From Candidatus Eiseniibacteriota bacterium (GTDB lineage: Bacteria > Eisenbacteria > RBG-16-71-46 > CAIMUX01 > VGJL01): 64,000 nt of DNA. The stretch covers positions 9,249-73,248 of the forward strand of contig JBHGAY010000025.1 in assembly GCA_041946735.1 (NCBI GenBank), in the 5' to 3' direction. A model generated the notes under the pieces. It searched no databases. It was given only the letters and a program-made list of their open reading frames with translations, and was not told where the DNA came from. How positions within the stretch are numbered: position 1 is the first letter of the stretch; each line of letters opens with the position of its first letter. Made by a program: the position numbers and the translations under genes. Of this stretch, positions 24,327 to 34,361 are shown one piece after another.

Positions 24327-27300
24327 TCACCTCAGCAACACCAGCTTCTCCGTGCGGCTCGCGCTGCCCCCCTGCAGTCGGATCAAGTACACGCCCGAGC
24401 CGACGTCGCGGCCCTGGTCGTCTCGTCCGTCCCATACCTCTTCAGCCGCTCCGCCGGCGAACGAGCCCTGCCGAAGGATGCGCACGCGCCGTCCCTGCAG
24501 GTCGATGATCTCGAGCCGGAGCGAAGAGGCGCCCGGAGACTCGAAGCGGATTGCCGTCCTCGGATTGAAGGGATTCGGGATCGCGCCGATCAGCCGAAGC
24601 TCGAGCGCGCGAACGTTCACGTCGATCGTCGGACTGACCAGGATCTCGCGGTCGAAGCCGTCGAGACCGACGATGCGGTAGCTCTGCCGGCCCGGAGCGG
24701 CGGGATCGCGATACGAGTAGCTGCCATCCGATCCGAAGTCGCTCGCGACGCCCGAGGCGCGAAGCTCCCAGCCGCCCATCGCATCGCGGCGCTCGATCCG
24801 GAAGACCTCGACCGGCTCCTGGGTGCTCCAGATCAGCAGCGCCGCGCCTGCCTCTCCGGACGCCTCGGCCGCCAGCGTCCGGACCGGAGTGATCACCGCC
24901 GCGTCCTGCCTTCCCGTGTTGCGCGCGTCGTGGCGGAACGAGGGCCAGGGATTGGCCGCCATGGCCGCCGCCAGATCGGCCGGGAAGTTCACGTTGTCGA
25001 TATCGAGGATCGTCACCGCAGGCTGCTGCTCGGCCTGGATCAGGAGATTCGGGTGGCCGTCCCGGTCGACGTCCCAGGCGGCGAGCCCATGCTGGATGCG
25101 CCCGCCCGTGAAATACGGGAAGCCGATCATCATCGTGCCGTCGCCGTCCAGGGCGTAGACGACTCCTCCGTTGTCGCCGACGACGATCTCCGCCGCCAGG
25201 TCCGAATCGAGGTTCATCAGAATCGGAGAGCCGATCTTCGTGCTCGTGACAGGGGCTACCCGGACCGGGAACCCGGGGAGAACCGTCCCCTCCGTCGCGT
25301 CGATCGCGGTCACGCGCCCTTGCCCGACGCCGAGCGCGACGTCGAGGTCTCCGTCGCCGTCGATGTCCCCAAGAGCCGGCGTGGTCTCCGGCCATCGAGT
25401 CGGAAGCTGGTCGATCGGACGCTTGGGGAACTTCGCGATCAGCTGCTTCGAGCCCGGCTCATAGCCGAATCCCCAGAGATAGTTGCGCGTCGCCAGGTAG
25501 ATGTCGTACTGCAGGTCGTTGTCGACGTCGGCGATCGAGACCGAGCTGTTTTGCGCCTTGAAGTCCCCGACGAGGCCGCTCTCGAGCTGCTGGCTCGCTA
25601 GGACCGAGCCGTCGCCGTCGATGACATAGATGGCGGACGGACTCCCGGTCATATTCCGCTCGAGGCCGAGCACGATCTCTTCCCTGTCGTCTCCGTCCAG
25701 GTCGGCCACGGCCGGCGTCCCATAGGTCAGGGGCCAATCGTTCGGACCGGGCCACGTGCCCGGATCGGACGGGTTCCCGCTTCCGAGATAGACGAGCTTG
25801 CCGTCGCTATTGCTGCTCTTCACCGGCGTTCCGTCGTGATTCCACGCGAAGATGCATCCGCGGCTGTTCAAGACGATCTCGAACTGCGGATCGGAGTCGA
25901 TGTTCGCGATCACCGGCGAGGAGAGCATGTAGTTGCTGTACCCGGCGGCCTTCGACCACAACAACGTCCCGTCGTTGCGCCAGACGCGGATCTGCGCCGT
26001 CCCATGACCGCTGTCGTCGTAGCGCGAGACCGCGACGATCTCCATATTGCCGTCCCTGTCGATGTCCGCCACCGCCGGCTTGTTCCAGTAGGCGGGCACG
26101 CCCGGGGCCCAGATGCCGGGAGTAGAGACGACGTGATCGCCGTCCATCACCTCGAGACCATCCGCCTTCATCGCATAGACCGTCTGCCCCGCGATCACCA
26201 CTTCGAACGGGTTCCGCTCCCCTTCGCGGATCAAGTTCTCGACGGTCGGGCAGCCGAGCTGCGGCTCGACGATCGTGAAAGGCCACCCGGACAGCATGCC
26301 CGGGCTCGTCGTGGCTGCGACGACGTTCGAGAAGGCGCTCTGATTGCCGGACGAATCGACCGCCGCCACGCGGTAGTAGTAGCGCGAGAGGCCTGCCAGG
26401 CCGCCGTCGCGGTAGTACTCCATCCCGCGGACCAGGCCGGGCTGCGCCCTCTCGAAGTGGACCTGATCCTGCGAGCGTTCGAGCGCGTAGCCGTCCACGT
26501 CGCCTCCGGACGACTTGGTCCAGGTGAGCACGATCGCGTCCTTCGTCGCCTTCGGCTGCGCGGTGTCCGGGAAGCTCGGGGCCGATGGCGAGACGAAATC
26601 GACGGTCTTCGACAGGAACACGAAGGCGTCGTCCCGCTTCGAGCGCACCTCGAGCTTCATCTTCAGGATCGCCGCGTTCTGCACCTCGAACTGGAACGGA
26701 GGATTCGCGGTGACGAGGTCCCCCGCCTCGCCGTCGTCGACCGAGGAGGTGTCGTATCCGGCAACGATCGTCCCGCCCTGCACCGGCGTCAGAATCGCGC
26801 GCAGATCCCCCACGCTCCCGCTTCCGAGATCCCGCAGCACCGGGCGCCAGCTGATCCGCTCCCCGTTCTCCGGGATGCCGTCGCCGTCGCCGCTCACCTC
26901 CGAGCGCACGCTCCCCTCGACCCGGAAGACGGGTCTCAGGACGGGCAGCGCGAGACGGTAGGTGCGCGCCTGGCCGGCCTGCGGCGTGATCGTGATCCTC
27001 GCGACGAGCGGCACGCGGTCGCCGTTCTCGAGGAAGCTCTTCGGTACCGGCGAGGAGGAGCGGATCCGGAAGGCGGTGACCTGGTCGGTCGTGTTCGCCG
27101 CGACCGATCCCACATCCTCCGATGCGTCCTGGACCTCGAAGTACCCCGCCACTGATGGCGGCTCCAGCCCGAGGCTGAGGGTCAGAGGACCGGAGGCGCC
27201 GTTCCCGCCGTTGGCAAGCGAGACCCTCAAGCCGACCGTTTCCCCCTGATCGAAGACGCCGTCGCCGTTGCCCGCCGTCTGTCCTCCGGGCGAATCGTCG

Positions 27301-29531
27301 ATCGCGAGGGCGGTCGCAGCGACCGCCTCGCCCGACGGCTTCTCGACGTTGCGGGAGAAGGTGCCGGGGATCGACGTGAATCCGGTGGCGGTCACGATGA
27401 AGTTGCCGGTCGACGTCGCCTGGAACGGGACGACCGCCTGTCCATTGGCGTTCGTCGTCGCGATCGCGTAGGTGTCGTTCGGCTTGTACGCGCAGACCTG
27501 GACGTCCGGCACCCCCTGTCCGTTCCTGCGGACGTTGATCGTCAAGGAGGACTCGCCGAGCGTGTAACTGGTCTGCTGCGCGCTGACCTCGAGAGGCTTC
27601 GGCGTTCCGAGCCACATATGGATCTGAGGGTCCCCGAGCAGGATCAGGCTGTAGCTCAGGAAGCGCCGGTAGCTGTCGAAGCCGGTGTTGCCGGCCATCT
27701 GCTCCGCGATCGTGTGATAGTAGGCGTCGCCCAGATATGGCGCCTTGTCGTGGAAGATCTTTGTGTAGGTCGACTCCATGAAGCCGGTCGCGGCGGCAGG
27801 AAAGTCGAGGTTCGTGGAGCCGATGTAGCAGATGACTCCCCCGTTCTCGGCGAAGAGCAGCGCCTCGGCGACGCAGTCGTAGTCGATCGCCGCGGAGTTG
27901 CAGTTGATCGAGTAGAGCACGCCGATCTTGTCGCCGTTCGTGACGGCGCGCGCATCCGACGTCAGGAGGCGGCCCGCTCCGTCGAAGCCGTCGATCGTCC
28001 CGATCGACATGCGGTCTCGATCCCCATGGCCGACGTGGTGGATCAGCCCCATCCCTTCGTTGATCTTGTCGATGACCGACGACTTCGTCTCGGGTTGCGC
28101 GTTCGGGCGGCCGTTCTGGCGCCAGTACTCATACCACTCGTACAGCTCGACCTTCTCCAGAGGCGGCACGCGGCCCTCGTCGATCGCCTGGTCGATGATC
28201 CCGATCGTCCGGACCGCGTCCCCGGCGCCGTCGAGAGAGACGCAGGTGTCGCAGCCGCTCCCGCACGCCCCACAGCGGGGAAGGAGCGACCGCTTCCATT
28301 CCGCGTCGAAGAGCACCTCGCCGAGGAACAGCACTCGATCGAGATACCCCTGTGTATTGGGGCTCTTGATGTAGGTGTTGACGTACTTCTGCAGGAACTG
28401 CAGGAGCTGCGTCGCGTCGGAGGCCGGGATGCGGCCGACATACAGCTCCGCGTCGAAGTCGACGTCGTCCCCGATCGGATTCGGCGGATTCGAGCCTCGG
28501 ACCGGCTCTCCGAAGACCGCGTCGCCGTCGGCATTCCAGTTGCCGTCGAGGCAGGCGTAGTAGAGGTCGGTGATGATGTCGACACCGGCCGGGACATTCC
28601 ACGAGTAGGACTTCGCGAGCCGCATCGGAACCTGGGCCGGTCCGCCGGCGATCAGCACGTACTGGACTCCCCAGTACTGGTAGGCGGCCTGCAGGAAGTG
28701 ACGGATCCTCTCCTGGTCATCGACTCCGTTGGGATAGTTCTCCCGGATCCACTCGACCGTCCGGATGACGGTCGGAGTGCCGGACTGGTTCTTCCAGTCG
28801 GCGAGGAGCTGCACGGAGGGGGCCAGGGCCTCGGTCGTGATGATCAGGTACTCGACCGGCGCGCTCGACAGCGCCGGGAGATCGCTGACCGCCTCGCGGA
28901 GCGCCTGGCTTCTTCCTTCCCCCTGGAAGTCCCGGCGCCAGAGGTCCTCCGCGCCCGATCGCAGGACCTTCAGTGGACGCGGCGCGGTCGCGTCGCCCTC
29001 CAGATGGACGATCAGCCGGCCCGACTCGAGCAGGGACAGCTGTGCCCCCTCCTCGATGGCGACGACCGGGTAGACGGCGAAGTGGGCGAAGACCTGCCCG
29101 CGCCGCATGGAGGTCGACAGGTAGCGGACACGCGAGGCGGGATAGGAGCCGGAGGCGTACGCGTCGTCCCGCAGGGCGACCTGTCGCGGGCCCCCGTCGG
29201 GCGTCGGAGCGTCCTGGAGCGCCGTCGCGAGGATCCCCTGGGCCGGGCGCTCCGACGTCGAGGCGCCCGCCAGCTCCCAGGAGGCGACCTTCGTGCCGTC
29301 AGGGATCGGCACCCGCACCAGATGGGCCGGGAGGTCCGGCTCCCCGGGCTCCGCCAGATGGAGGAGGGCGTCACTCACGGTGCATTCGATCTCCCCGCTC
29401 GCGTCGGAGACGAGGGAGACCTGACCCCAGGACCAACCGAGGAGGACGTCCTCGGGGTCGGCCGCGCTCGCGGCCGCGGGGACGACCAGGGCAAGGAGCG
29501 GGATCAGCCAGAGAGCGTGTCGAGCGCGCAT
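24327..29531 (-). CDS. Large secreted C25 (gingipain-family) cysteine peptidase with propeptide, Ig/FN3 domains, FG-GAP repeats and FlgD/T9SS-like CTD
   Basis: ATG 29531 after GGAGG; signal peptide; EPGEPDLP propeptide; EYLIIT, TDLYYACLDGNWNADGD, VGRIP, HVGHG and SINC catalytic His/Cys, LLGDP; ADIDRDG/ADLDGD repeats; IPNPFNP...WDGRDDQGRDVGSGVYLIRL...KLVLLR. Confidence 0.9.
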   Translation of the reverse strand: MRARHALWLIPLLALVVPAAASAADPEDVLLGWSWGQVSLVSDASGEIECTVSDALLHLAEPGEPDLPAHLVRVPIPDGTKVASWELAGASTSERPAQGILATALQDAPTPDGGPRQVALRDDAYASGSYPASRVRYLSTSMRRGQVFAHFAVYPVVAIEEGAQLSLLESGRLIVHLEGDATAPRPLKVLRSGAEDLWRRDFQGEGRSQALREAVSDLPALSSAPVEYLIITTEALAPSVQLLADWKNQSGTPTVIRTVEWIRENYPNGVDDQERIRHFLQAAYQYWGVQYVLIAGGPAQVPMRLAKSYSWNVPAGVDIITDLYYACLDGNWNADGDAVFGEPVRGSNPPNPIGDDVDFDAELYVGRIPASDATQLLQFLQKYVNTYIKSPNTQGYLDRVLFLGEVLFDAEWKRSLLPRCGACGSGCDTCVSLDGAGDAVRTIGIIDQAIDEGRVPPLEKVELYEWYEYWRQNGRPNAQPETKSSVIDKINEGMGLIHHVGHGDRDRMSIGTIDGFDGAGRLLTSDARAVTNGDKIGVLYSINCNSAAIDYDCVAEALLFAENGGVICYIGSTNLDFPAAATGFMESTYTKIFHDKAPYLGDAYYHTIAEQMAGNTGFDSYRRFLSYSLILLGDPQIHMWLGTPKPLEVSAQQTSYTLGESSLTINVRRNGQGVPDVQVCAYKPNDTYAIATTNANGQAVVPFQATSTGNFIVTATGFTSIPGTFSRNVEKPSGEAVAATALAIDDSPGGQTAGNGDGVFDQGETVGLRVSLANGGNGASGPLTLSLGLEPPSVAGYFEVQDASEDVGSVAANTTDQVTAFRIRSSSPVPKSFLENGDRVPLVARITITPQAGQARTYRLALPVLRPVFRVEGSVRSEVSGDGDGIPENGERISWRPVLRDLGSGSVGDLRAILTPVQGGTIVAGYDTSSVDDGEAGDLVTANPPFQFEVQNAAILKMKLEVRSKRDDAFVFLSKTVDFVSPSAPSFPDTAQPKATKDAIVLTWTKSSGGDVDGYALERSQDQVHFERAQPGLVRGMEYYRDGGLAGLSRYYYRVAAVDSSGNQSAFSNVVAATTSPGMLSGWPFTIVEPQLGCPTVENLIREGERNPFEVVIAGQTVYAMKADGLEVMDGDHVVSTPGIWAPGVPAYWNKPAVADIDRDGNMEIVAVSRYDDSGHGTAQIRVWRNDGTLLWSKAAGYSNYMLSSPVIANIDSDPQFEIVLNSRGCIFAWNHDGTPVKSSNSDGKLVYLGSGNPSDPGTWPGPNDWPLTYGTPAVADLDGDDREEIVLGLERNMTGSPSAIYVIDGDGSVLASQQLESGLVGDFKAQNSSVSIADVDNDLQYDIYLATRNYLWGFGYEPGSKQLIAKFPKRPIDQLPTRWPETTPALGDIDGDGDLDVALGVGQGRVTAIDATEGTVLPGFPVRVAPVTSTKIGSPILMNLDSDLAAEIVVGDNGGVVYALDGDGTMMIGFPYFTGGRIQHGLAAWDVDRDGHPNLLIQAEQQPAVTILDIDNVNFPADLAAAMAANPWPSFRHDARNTGRQDAAVITPVRTLAAEASGEAGAALLIWSTQEPVEVFRIERRDAMGGWELRASGVASDFGSDGSYSYRDPAAPGRQSYRIVGLDGFDREILVSPTIDVNVRALELRLIGAIPNPFNPRTAIRFESPGASSLRLEIIDLQGRRVRILRQGSFAGGAAEEVWDGRDDQGRDVGSGVYLIRLQGGSASRTEKLVLLR

Positions 29532-29873
29532 CAGACCTCCTCGATGCCGATCCGCGACCGCTTCGGCGGGGCGGGCGGCCGGACGGAAACGCCGGAAATG
29601 CTGGAAAACCGCGGCCCGTGCGGCGCGGGACCGCGCGAACGGACTCGTGGGACCAAAGATGGGCATTTCACTCTGCGGCGGAGTCTAGCGGTGGCCCGAT
29701 GAGCAGTCAACGCGGCCGGCGCTGGTCGCGCGTCCCCTCGGGGCTCTGCGAGGTGCATTTTTCGCGGCTTTCGTGAAGAATCCTGTTGCCTGACTCTCGA
29801 AATGGGTGCTAGAGAAGGTGCGGCCTCGATCAGACGAGACCGAAGAAACGCGTACCAAGGAGGGATGGAAGCC

Positions 29874-30161
29874 ATGACCAAGACCCAGCTCGTGGAGGCT
29901 TTGACCAAGGAAGCCGGCCTCGACAAGAAGCAGGCGAAGTTGTTCCTGGTCGGCCTCACGACCGTGGTGGAGAAGACCTTGAAGAAGGGCGGGGACGTTC
30001 CCCTCACCGGACTTGGCAAGTTCAAGGTCCTGAACCGCAAGGCCCGGATGGGTCGCAACCCGCAGACGGGCGAGCAGATCAAGATCCCGGCCAAGAAGGT
30101 CGTCAAGTTCACGGTCGCGAAGAACCTCAAGGACACGGTCCTCAAGAAGGGGGCGAAGTAA
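29874..30161 (+). CDS. hup: HU family DNA-binding protein
   Basis: MTKTQLVEAL, GLGKF, RKARMGRNPQTGEQIKIPAK, VKFTVAKNLKD. Confidence 0.95.
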   Translation: MTKTQLVEALTKEAGLDKKQAKLFLVGLTTVVEKTLKKGGDVPLTGLGKFKVLNRKARMGRNPQTGEQIKIPAKKVVKFTVAKNLKDTVLKKGAK

Positions 30162-30196
30162 GCTTCGCTCCTCGCGGACTTCGGTCCTCTGTTCTC

Positions 30197-30227
30197 GGAC
30201 CCCGGGACGCTCGCCGTCCCGGGGTCC
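30197..30227. terminator. 13-bp perfect hairpin between convergent HU and GT4 genes
   Basis: GGACCCCGGGACG-CTCGC-CGTCCCGGGGTCC. Confidence 0.7.
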
Positions 30228-30248
30228 TCGTCGTCACGTCGTGGACCG

Positions 30249-31541
30249 TCACCTCGCGGCGGGACGGCCCGCCTCCGGAAAGCGCCCCGAGGGCGCGCGC
30301 ACCTCGTCGATCATCGTGGCGTAGAGATCCGGGAAGCGGCCATAGGTGGCCGCCACTCCATAGTCGCGCCGGACCGCCTCTCGCGCGGCGAGTCCGATCC
30401 GCTCGCGCCGGCCCGGATCCCGCAGCAGGGCGACGACTGCATCGGCGAAACGCTCGGCGTCGGGCGCAACGATGACCTCGGTCCCGTCCCTGAATCCCAT
30501 CCCTTCGAGCGCCTCGGGATACGCCACGATCGGCAGCTCCAGCGCCATCGCCTCGCAGGCGCGGCTGCGGATCCCGCTGGCCGCTCGCAGGCAGAGGGCG
30601 AAGACGGCCGCGCGCGCGAGGTAGGGACGGGGATCCTCGACCGCACCGGTCACCCGCACCCCGGGGATCGCGCCGAGCGCGCGCACGTCGGGGGCCGGGT
30701 CCGCTCCGGCCAGCAAGACGCGGGCTTCCGGGAGGCTCTGCCGAATCCGCGGGAGGATGTCGTGGCACAGATGGACCGCTGCGTCTCGATTGCCCGGAGT
30801 CCCGAGATTGCCGAAATAGACGACCTCCCCGCCGGCCGGCTCCGGGGTCGTCGGCGCATCCGCGGTCGTCGGCGCCTCGGCGGTCGTCACCGCCGCCGCG
30901 AGCGCATCCCCCCGGCGGAACCTGTCGAGATCGACTCCCATGCCGATCGTCGAGATGGGTGGCTCGGCGGTCCCGAGCGCTGCCCGTATGGTGTCCGCGT
31001 CGCGCGGGGTGATCGCGACGATCCGGTCGTACCGCCGCCACTCTGCAATCTCAGCGTCCCGCTCGCGCGGACTCGGACGGTGGCGGATCCGCTCCCAGCG
31101 CTCGAACTGCACGTCATGCGTGTCGAGAACCCAGAGGCTCGGGCGGGAGAACGGAGCCAGATGGCGCAGCGTGTACCAGTAGGCGACGTGGACCAGATCC
31201 GGAGGATGCTCGGCGATCGAGCGGCTCACGGCGCGGGCGAGGGCGCGGCAGCCGAGGAACCAGGTCTCTCGCTCCCAGCCGCGTCCGCGCAGGCGGTAGT
31301 CGATCTGGCCGGCCGCCCGGTGCAGCAGGCTGCGCCGGTTAGGAGCGAGCACCCCGCGCCAAGCGCCGAGGCGCGCGACCGGGCCGGGATCGGCGAAGCG
31401 GCTTTTCCGGTGGACGAGCGTGAGGATCTCCAGCTCGAAGCGAGGAGCGAGGGCCTCGAGGATCGCGAGATTCCGCACCCTCCCTCCCATCGTGGGCGGC
31501 CAGGGATGGTCGGGCAGAACCGCGAGGATCCTGGGCTTCAG
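30249..31541 (-). CDS. Glycosyltransferase family 4 (probable CTG start)
   Basis: PRILAVLPDHPWPPTMGGRVR, LDTHDV, GMGVDL, FGNL...NRDA, VTGAVEDPRPYL, EAMALELPIV. CTG at 31541 overlaps the upstream TGA and follows AAGGAGG. Confidence 0.85.
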   Translation of the reverse strand: MKPRILAVLPDHPWPPTMGGRVRNLAILEALAPRFELEILTLVHRKSRFADPGPVARLGAWRGVLAPNRRSLLHRAAGQIDYRLRGRGWERETWFLGCRALARAVSRSIAEHPPDLVHVAYWYTLRHLAPFSRPSLWVLDTHDVQFERWERIRHRPSPRERDAEIAEWRRYDRIVAITPRDADTIRAALGTAEPPISTIGMGVDLDRFRRGDALAAAVTTAEAPTTADAPTTPEPAGGEVVYFGNLGTPGNRDAAVHLCHDILPRIRQSLPEARVLLAGADPAPDVRALGAIPGVRVTGAVEDPRPYLARAAVFALCLRAASGIRSRACEAMALELPIVAYPEALEGMGFRDGTEVIVAPDAERFADAVVALLRDPGRRERIGLAAREAVRRDYGVAATYGRFPDLYATMIDEVRAPSGRFPEAGRPAAR

Positions 31542-32569
31542 GGTTTGCCCTCCTTGCCCGTCGCCCCGCCGGCCTTCCCGGGAGTCGGGAGCGGATGCTC
31601 CTCGGTGTACTTCTGCACCTTCCGCAGAAGCTCCCGCTTCTCGGCATCGGTCTTCTTCAGCAGCTCCTGCTCCATCAGCCGGAAATGCGGCAGAGGAACG
31701 ACGAAATCGACCGTGTCGGGACACTCCGGATCGACCGCCTTGATCCGATGCATGAACTTGTCGCTCATCGGGTCGGTGTTGGTGGTGTCGACCCCGATCG
31801 CCAGCAGGCTGAAGGCGATCTGCCATTTCGGATCCTTGCAGCGTCCCTCCGTCCTGTGGACGATCCAGTCCTCCTGCGCGATGCGCATCGTGTAGCGATC
31901 GAACCAGGTTCCGTGGAGCTGGCGGTAGAACTGCACGAGGTCCCAAAGGAAGCGGAGGTTCGCGTCCCGGACGACGTCGGCCTCCTGGGGATTCGCGGCC
32001 GAGAGCACCTGGCGGAGCTGCCCGGACCGGCGCGCCAGCTCGACGAACTGGAAGCCGAAGAGCCGCGTGCGCGGGATGCCGAGCTGCTCCGCCTGCGCCT
32101 CCCACTGCGCCCGGACCGGGCCGAGCTTCTCGTCGGGATGGGTCTTGATGTAGGCCTCGATCAGCGGGGAGATCCGATCCGTCAGGGTGTCGGCCGCCTC
32201 GTCGGTCGTGATCAGCCAATACGGCCGGTTCCGGCGCATGTTGGGCAGATCGTCGCCGTACTCGAGGTCGATCCGGTCGCCATAGCGATCCCAGGCAGCG
32301 ATCAAGCGATCGGAGAGCGCGAGGAGGCTGTCCGCCCGGTGGGCGCCCGGCTTCGCCCGTGCGATTGCCTGCTCGATCTCCGCGCGGAATCCCCGGACCT
32401 GCCCGTACATGTCGAGCGTGGGGACCTGCGGAAACTGCGCGAAGGGATCGTTCGGGGCCACGCTCCGCCCGTTCTGCGCCAACGCCGGCGTCGCCGCGGG
32501 CAGGACGATGAGGGCCGGGAGGACGGTGAAGGCCGAAAGGACCAGGAGGCGGGCGCAGACGCGGATCAT
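31538..32569 (-). CDS. Hypothetical secreted protein
   Basis: ATG overlaps the acpS stop; signal peptide MIRVCARLLVLSAFTVLPALIVLPAATPALA; no family recognised. Confidence 0.75.
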   Translation of the reverse strand: MIRVCARLLVLSAFTVLPALIVLPAATPALAQNGRSVAPNDPFAQFPQVPTLDMYGQVRGFRAEIEQAIARAKPGAHRADSLLALSDRLIAAWDRYGDRIDLEYGDDLPNMRRNRPYWLITTDEAADTLTDRISPLIEAYIKTHPDEKLGPVRAQWEAQAEQLGIPRTRLFGFQFVELARRSGQLRQVLSAANPQEADVVRDANLRFLWDLVQFYRQLHGTWFDRYTMRIAQEDWIVHRTEGRCKDPKWQIAFSLLAIGVDTTNTDPMSDKFMHRIKAVDPECPDTVDFVVPLPHFRLMEQELLKKTDAEKRELLRKVQKYTEEHPLPTPGKAGGATGKEGKP

Positions 32570-32970
32570 CCGGACCTCGCAGAGGGCGCCTCCGTCCCCG
32601 TCGTCTCGAGGACTGCGACGGCGGCGGCATAGCCCGCGGTATGAGTGATGGACACGTGGAAGCGGTCGGCTCCCATCTCGCGGGCGCGTTGCGCCGCTCC
32701 CCCATGCAACAGCAGGATCGGCTGGCCGGAAGTGAGGTTCTGAACCTCGACGTCGATCCATCGGATCCCCGCGGCCCAACCCGTCCCCAGAGCCTTGAAA
32801 ACCGCCTCTTTCACGGCGAAACGCGCGGCGAGGTATTGAACCCGGTCCCCGCGGGTCTGTTCCAGCTCGCGAGGATGGTAGATGCGTGAGAGGAAGCGCT
32901 GGCCGAAGCGCTCCGCGCTCCGCCGGACCCGCTCCGTCTCGATCAGATCGATTCCGACCCCGACGATCAC
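32566..32970 (-). CDS. acpS: Holo-[acyl-carrier-protein] synthase
   Basis: IVGVGIDLIE, LAARFAVKEAVFKALGTG, SGQP, HVSITH. Confidence 0.95.
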   Translation of the reverse strand: MIVGVGIDLIETERVRRSAERFGQRFLSRIYHPRELEQTRGDRVQYLAARFAVKEAVFKALGTGWAAGIRWIDVEVQNLTSGQPILLLHGGAAQRAREMGADRFHVSITHTAGYAAAVAVLETTGTEAPSARSG

Positions 32971-33063
32971 TCTCTCGATCCCCCCGGGTTGGCGCAGGGC
33001 TGCAAGGCAACGACCGGCCTCGCAACGTCGACCGGCGCAGAGGCCCAGCGCCCCTTGTGTGCT

Positions 33064-33095
33064 CTGTGGCCGTGTGGCCCTGTGGCCCTGTGGCC
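33064..33095 (+). repeat. 8-nt tandem repeat ([C/G]TGTGGCC)x4
   Basis: ctgtggcc gtgtggcc ctgtggcc ctgtggcc in the GT2-acpS spacer. Confidence 0.85.
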
Positions 33096-33117
33096 CCCAG
33101 CTCGCCCTCTCCCTACA

Positions 33118-33981
33118 TCACCTGTGGCACCGCTTGTCGATCAGATCCGCGAGCAGCCCGATGGCCGCCATCTGGAATGCGGTCATCAGTGTGATCGTGA
33201 CCGAGGCGTCCATGATCTTCTCCGTGAAGAGGGCGCTGTAGATGAAGATGCCGATCGCGAGCAGGAAAAGGAAGGCGGAGATTGGCAGGAAGATCTTCAG
33301 CGGCCGGAAATAAAGGATCGTCCGGACGATGAGCGCCGCGAAGTTCAACGTGTCCTGGATCGGCCGGATCTTGGAGCGCCCCTGCCGCGCGTGATAGTCG
33401 ACCGGGACGTAGGCCACCGCGAGATCGTTGACGTGCATGGCGAGGGTGATCGTCGTGGTGAAGGAGAAGCCGCTCGGCAGGATCCCGAAGAATCCGACGA
33501 GACTCTCCCGCCGGAAGGCGCGCAGCCCGGAGTTCAAGTCCGGGATCCTCGATTCGCTGAGGTAGTCGGCCAGGCGGTTCAGCATCCACTTCGCCGGGCG
33601 CCGGATGAGGGGAATCGCGACGTTCGCGCCCGTTCGCGCGCCCACGACCATGTCGTGGTGCTCCAGCATGGCGACCAGCTCCGGGATGCGCTCGTTGGGA
33701 TAGGTCCCGTCGGCGTCGGTGATGACGATCGCCTCGCCGTGCGAGGCGAGGATTCCGGTCTTCAGAGAGGCCCCGTAGCCCCGGTTCCGGGGATGCCGGA
33801 GGACGCAGGCGCCGGCCTCCTCGGCTCGCGCAGCGGTGGCGTCGGTGGATCCGTCATCGACCACGATCAGCTCGATCGGGCCGGCCAAGGCGCGAATCTG
33901 ACGGACGACGTCGGCGATCCCCTCCTCTTCGTTGTAGGCGGGTACGACGACGCTGACGGCCTTCCCATACCGATTCTCCAT
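33118..33981 (-). CDS. Glycosyltransferase family 2 (DPM synthase-like)
   Basis: VVVPAYNEE, VVDDGSTD, NRGYGASLKTG, DADGTY, DLNSGLRAF, two C-terminal TM helices. Confidence 0.92.
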   Translation of the reverse strand: MENRYGKAVSVVVPAYNEEEGIADVVRQIRALAGPIELIVVDDGSTDATAARAEEAGACVLRHPRNRGYGASLKTGILASHGEAIVITDADGTYPNERIPELVAMLEHHDMVVGARTGANVAIPLIRRPAKWMLNRLADYLSESRIPDLNSGLRAFRRESLVGFFGILPSGFSFTTTITLAMHVNDLAVAYVPVDYHARQGRSKIRPIQDTLNFAALIVRTILYFRPLKIFLPISAFLFLLAIGIFIYSALFTEKIMDASVTITLMTAFQMAAIGLLADLIDKRCHR

Positions 33982-34361
33982 ACGCGATGTCGCAATCTAC
34001 GGGATCGTGCGGCGTCCCGCAACCGCCGGCGCCGGCAGCGTTCACGGCGGCGCCGGCCCACCTGCCGCCCACGCCTGCTGAGAGCAGCCGGGCAAGCGCC
34101 CGGGCCCCCCTCGCTGGTCCGCCCCGGCGGGGCATGCTAGGCTCACCCGTTCCGCCTCGACCGGGCGATCCGCCGTCCGGGCGGCAGCCGAGCGGGGCCC
34201 CTCATGGAGGCGCGTCGGCCACCCAGTCCCCGGGCGGAGCGCCTGCACGGGGACCACGAGAGAAGCCCGAAACGAAGCCGGAGCCCGAGTACGAGGCCCG
34301 GCAACCGGAGTACGAAGCCCGGAGCCCGGGGCCGGACCGGCCGGCCCGAGGGAGGACTCGC

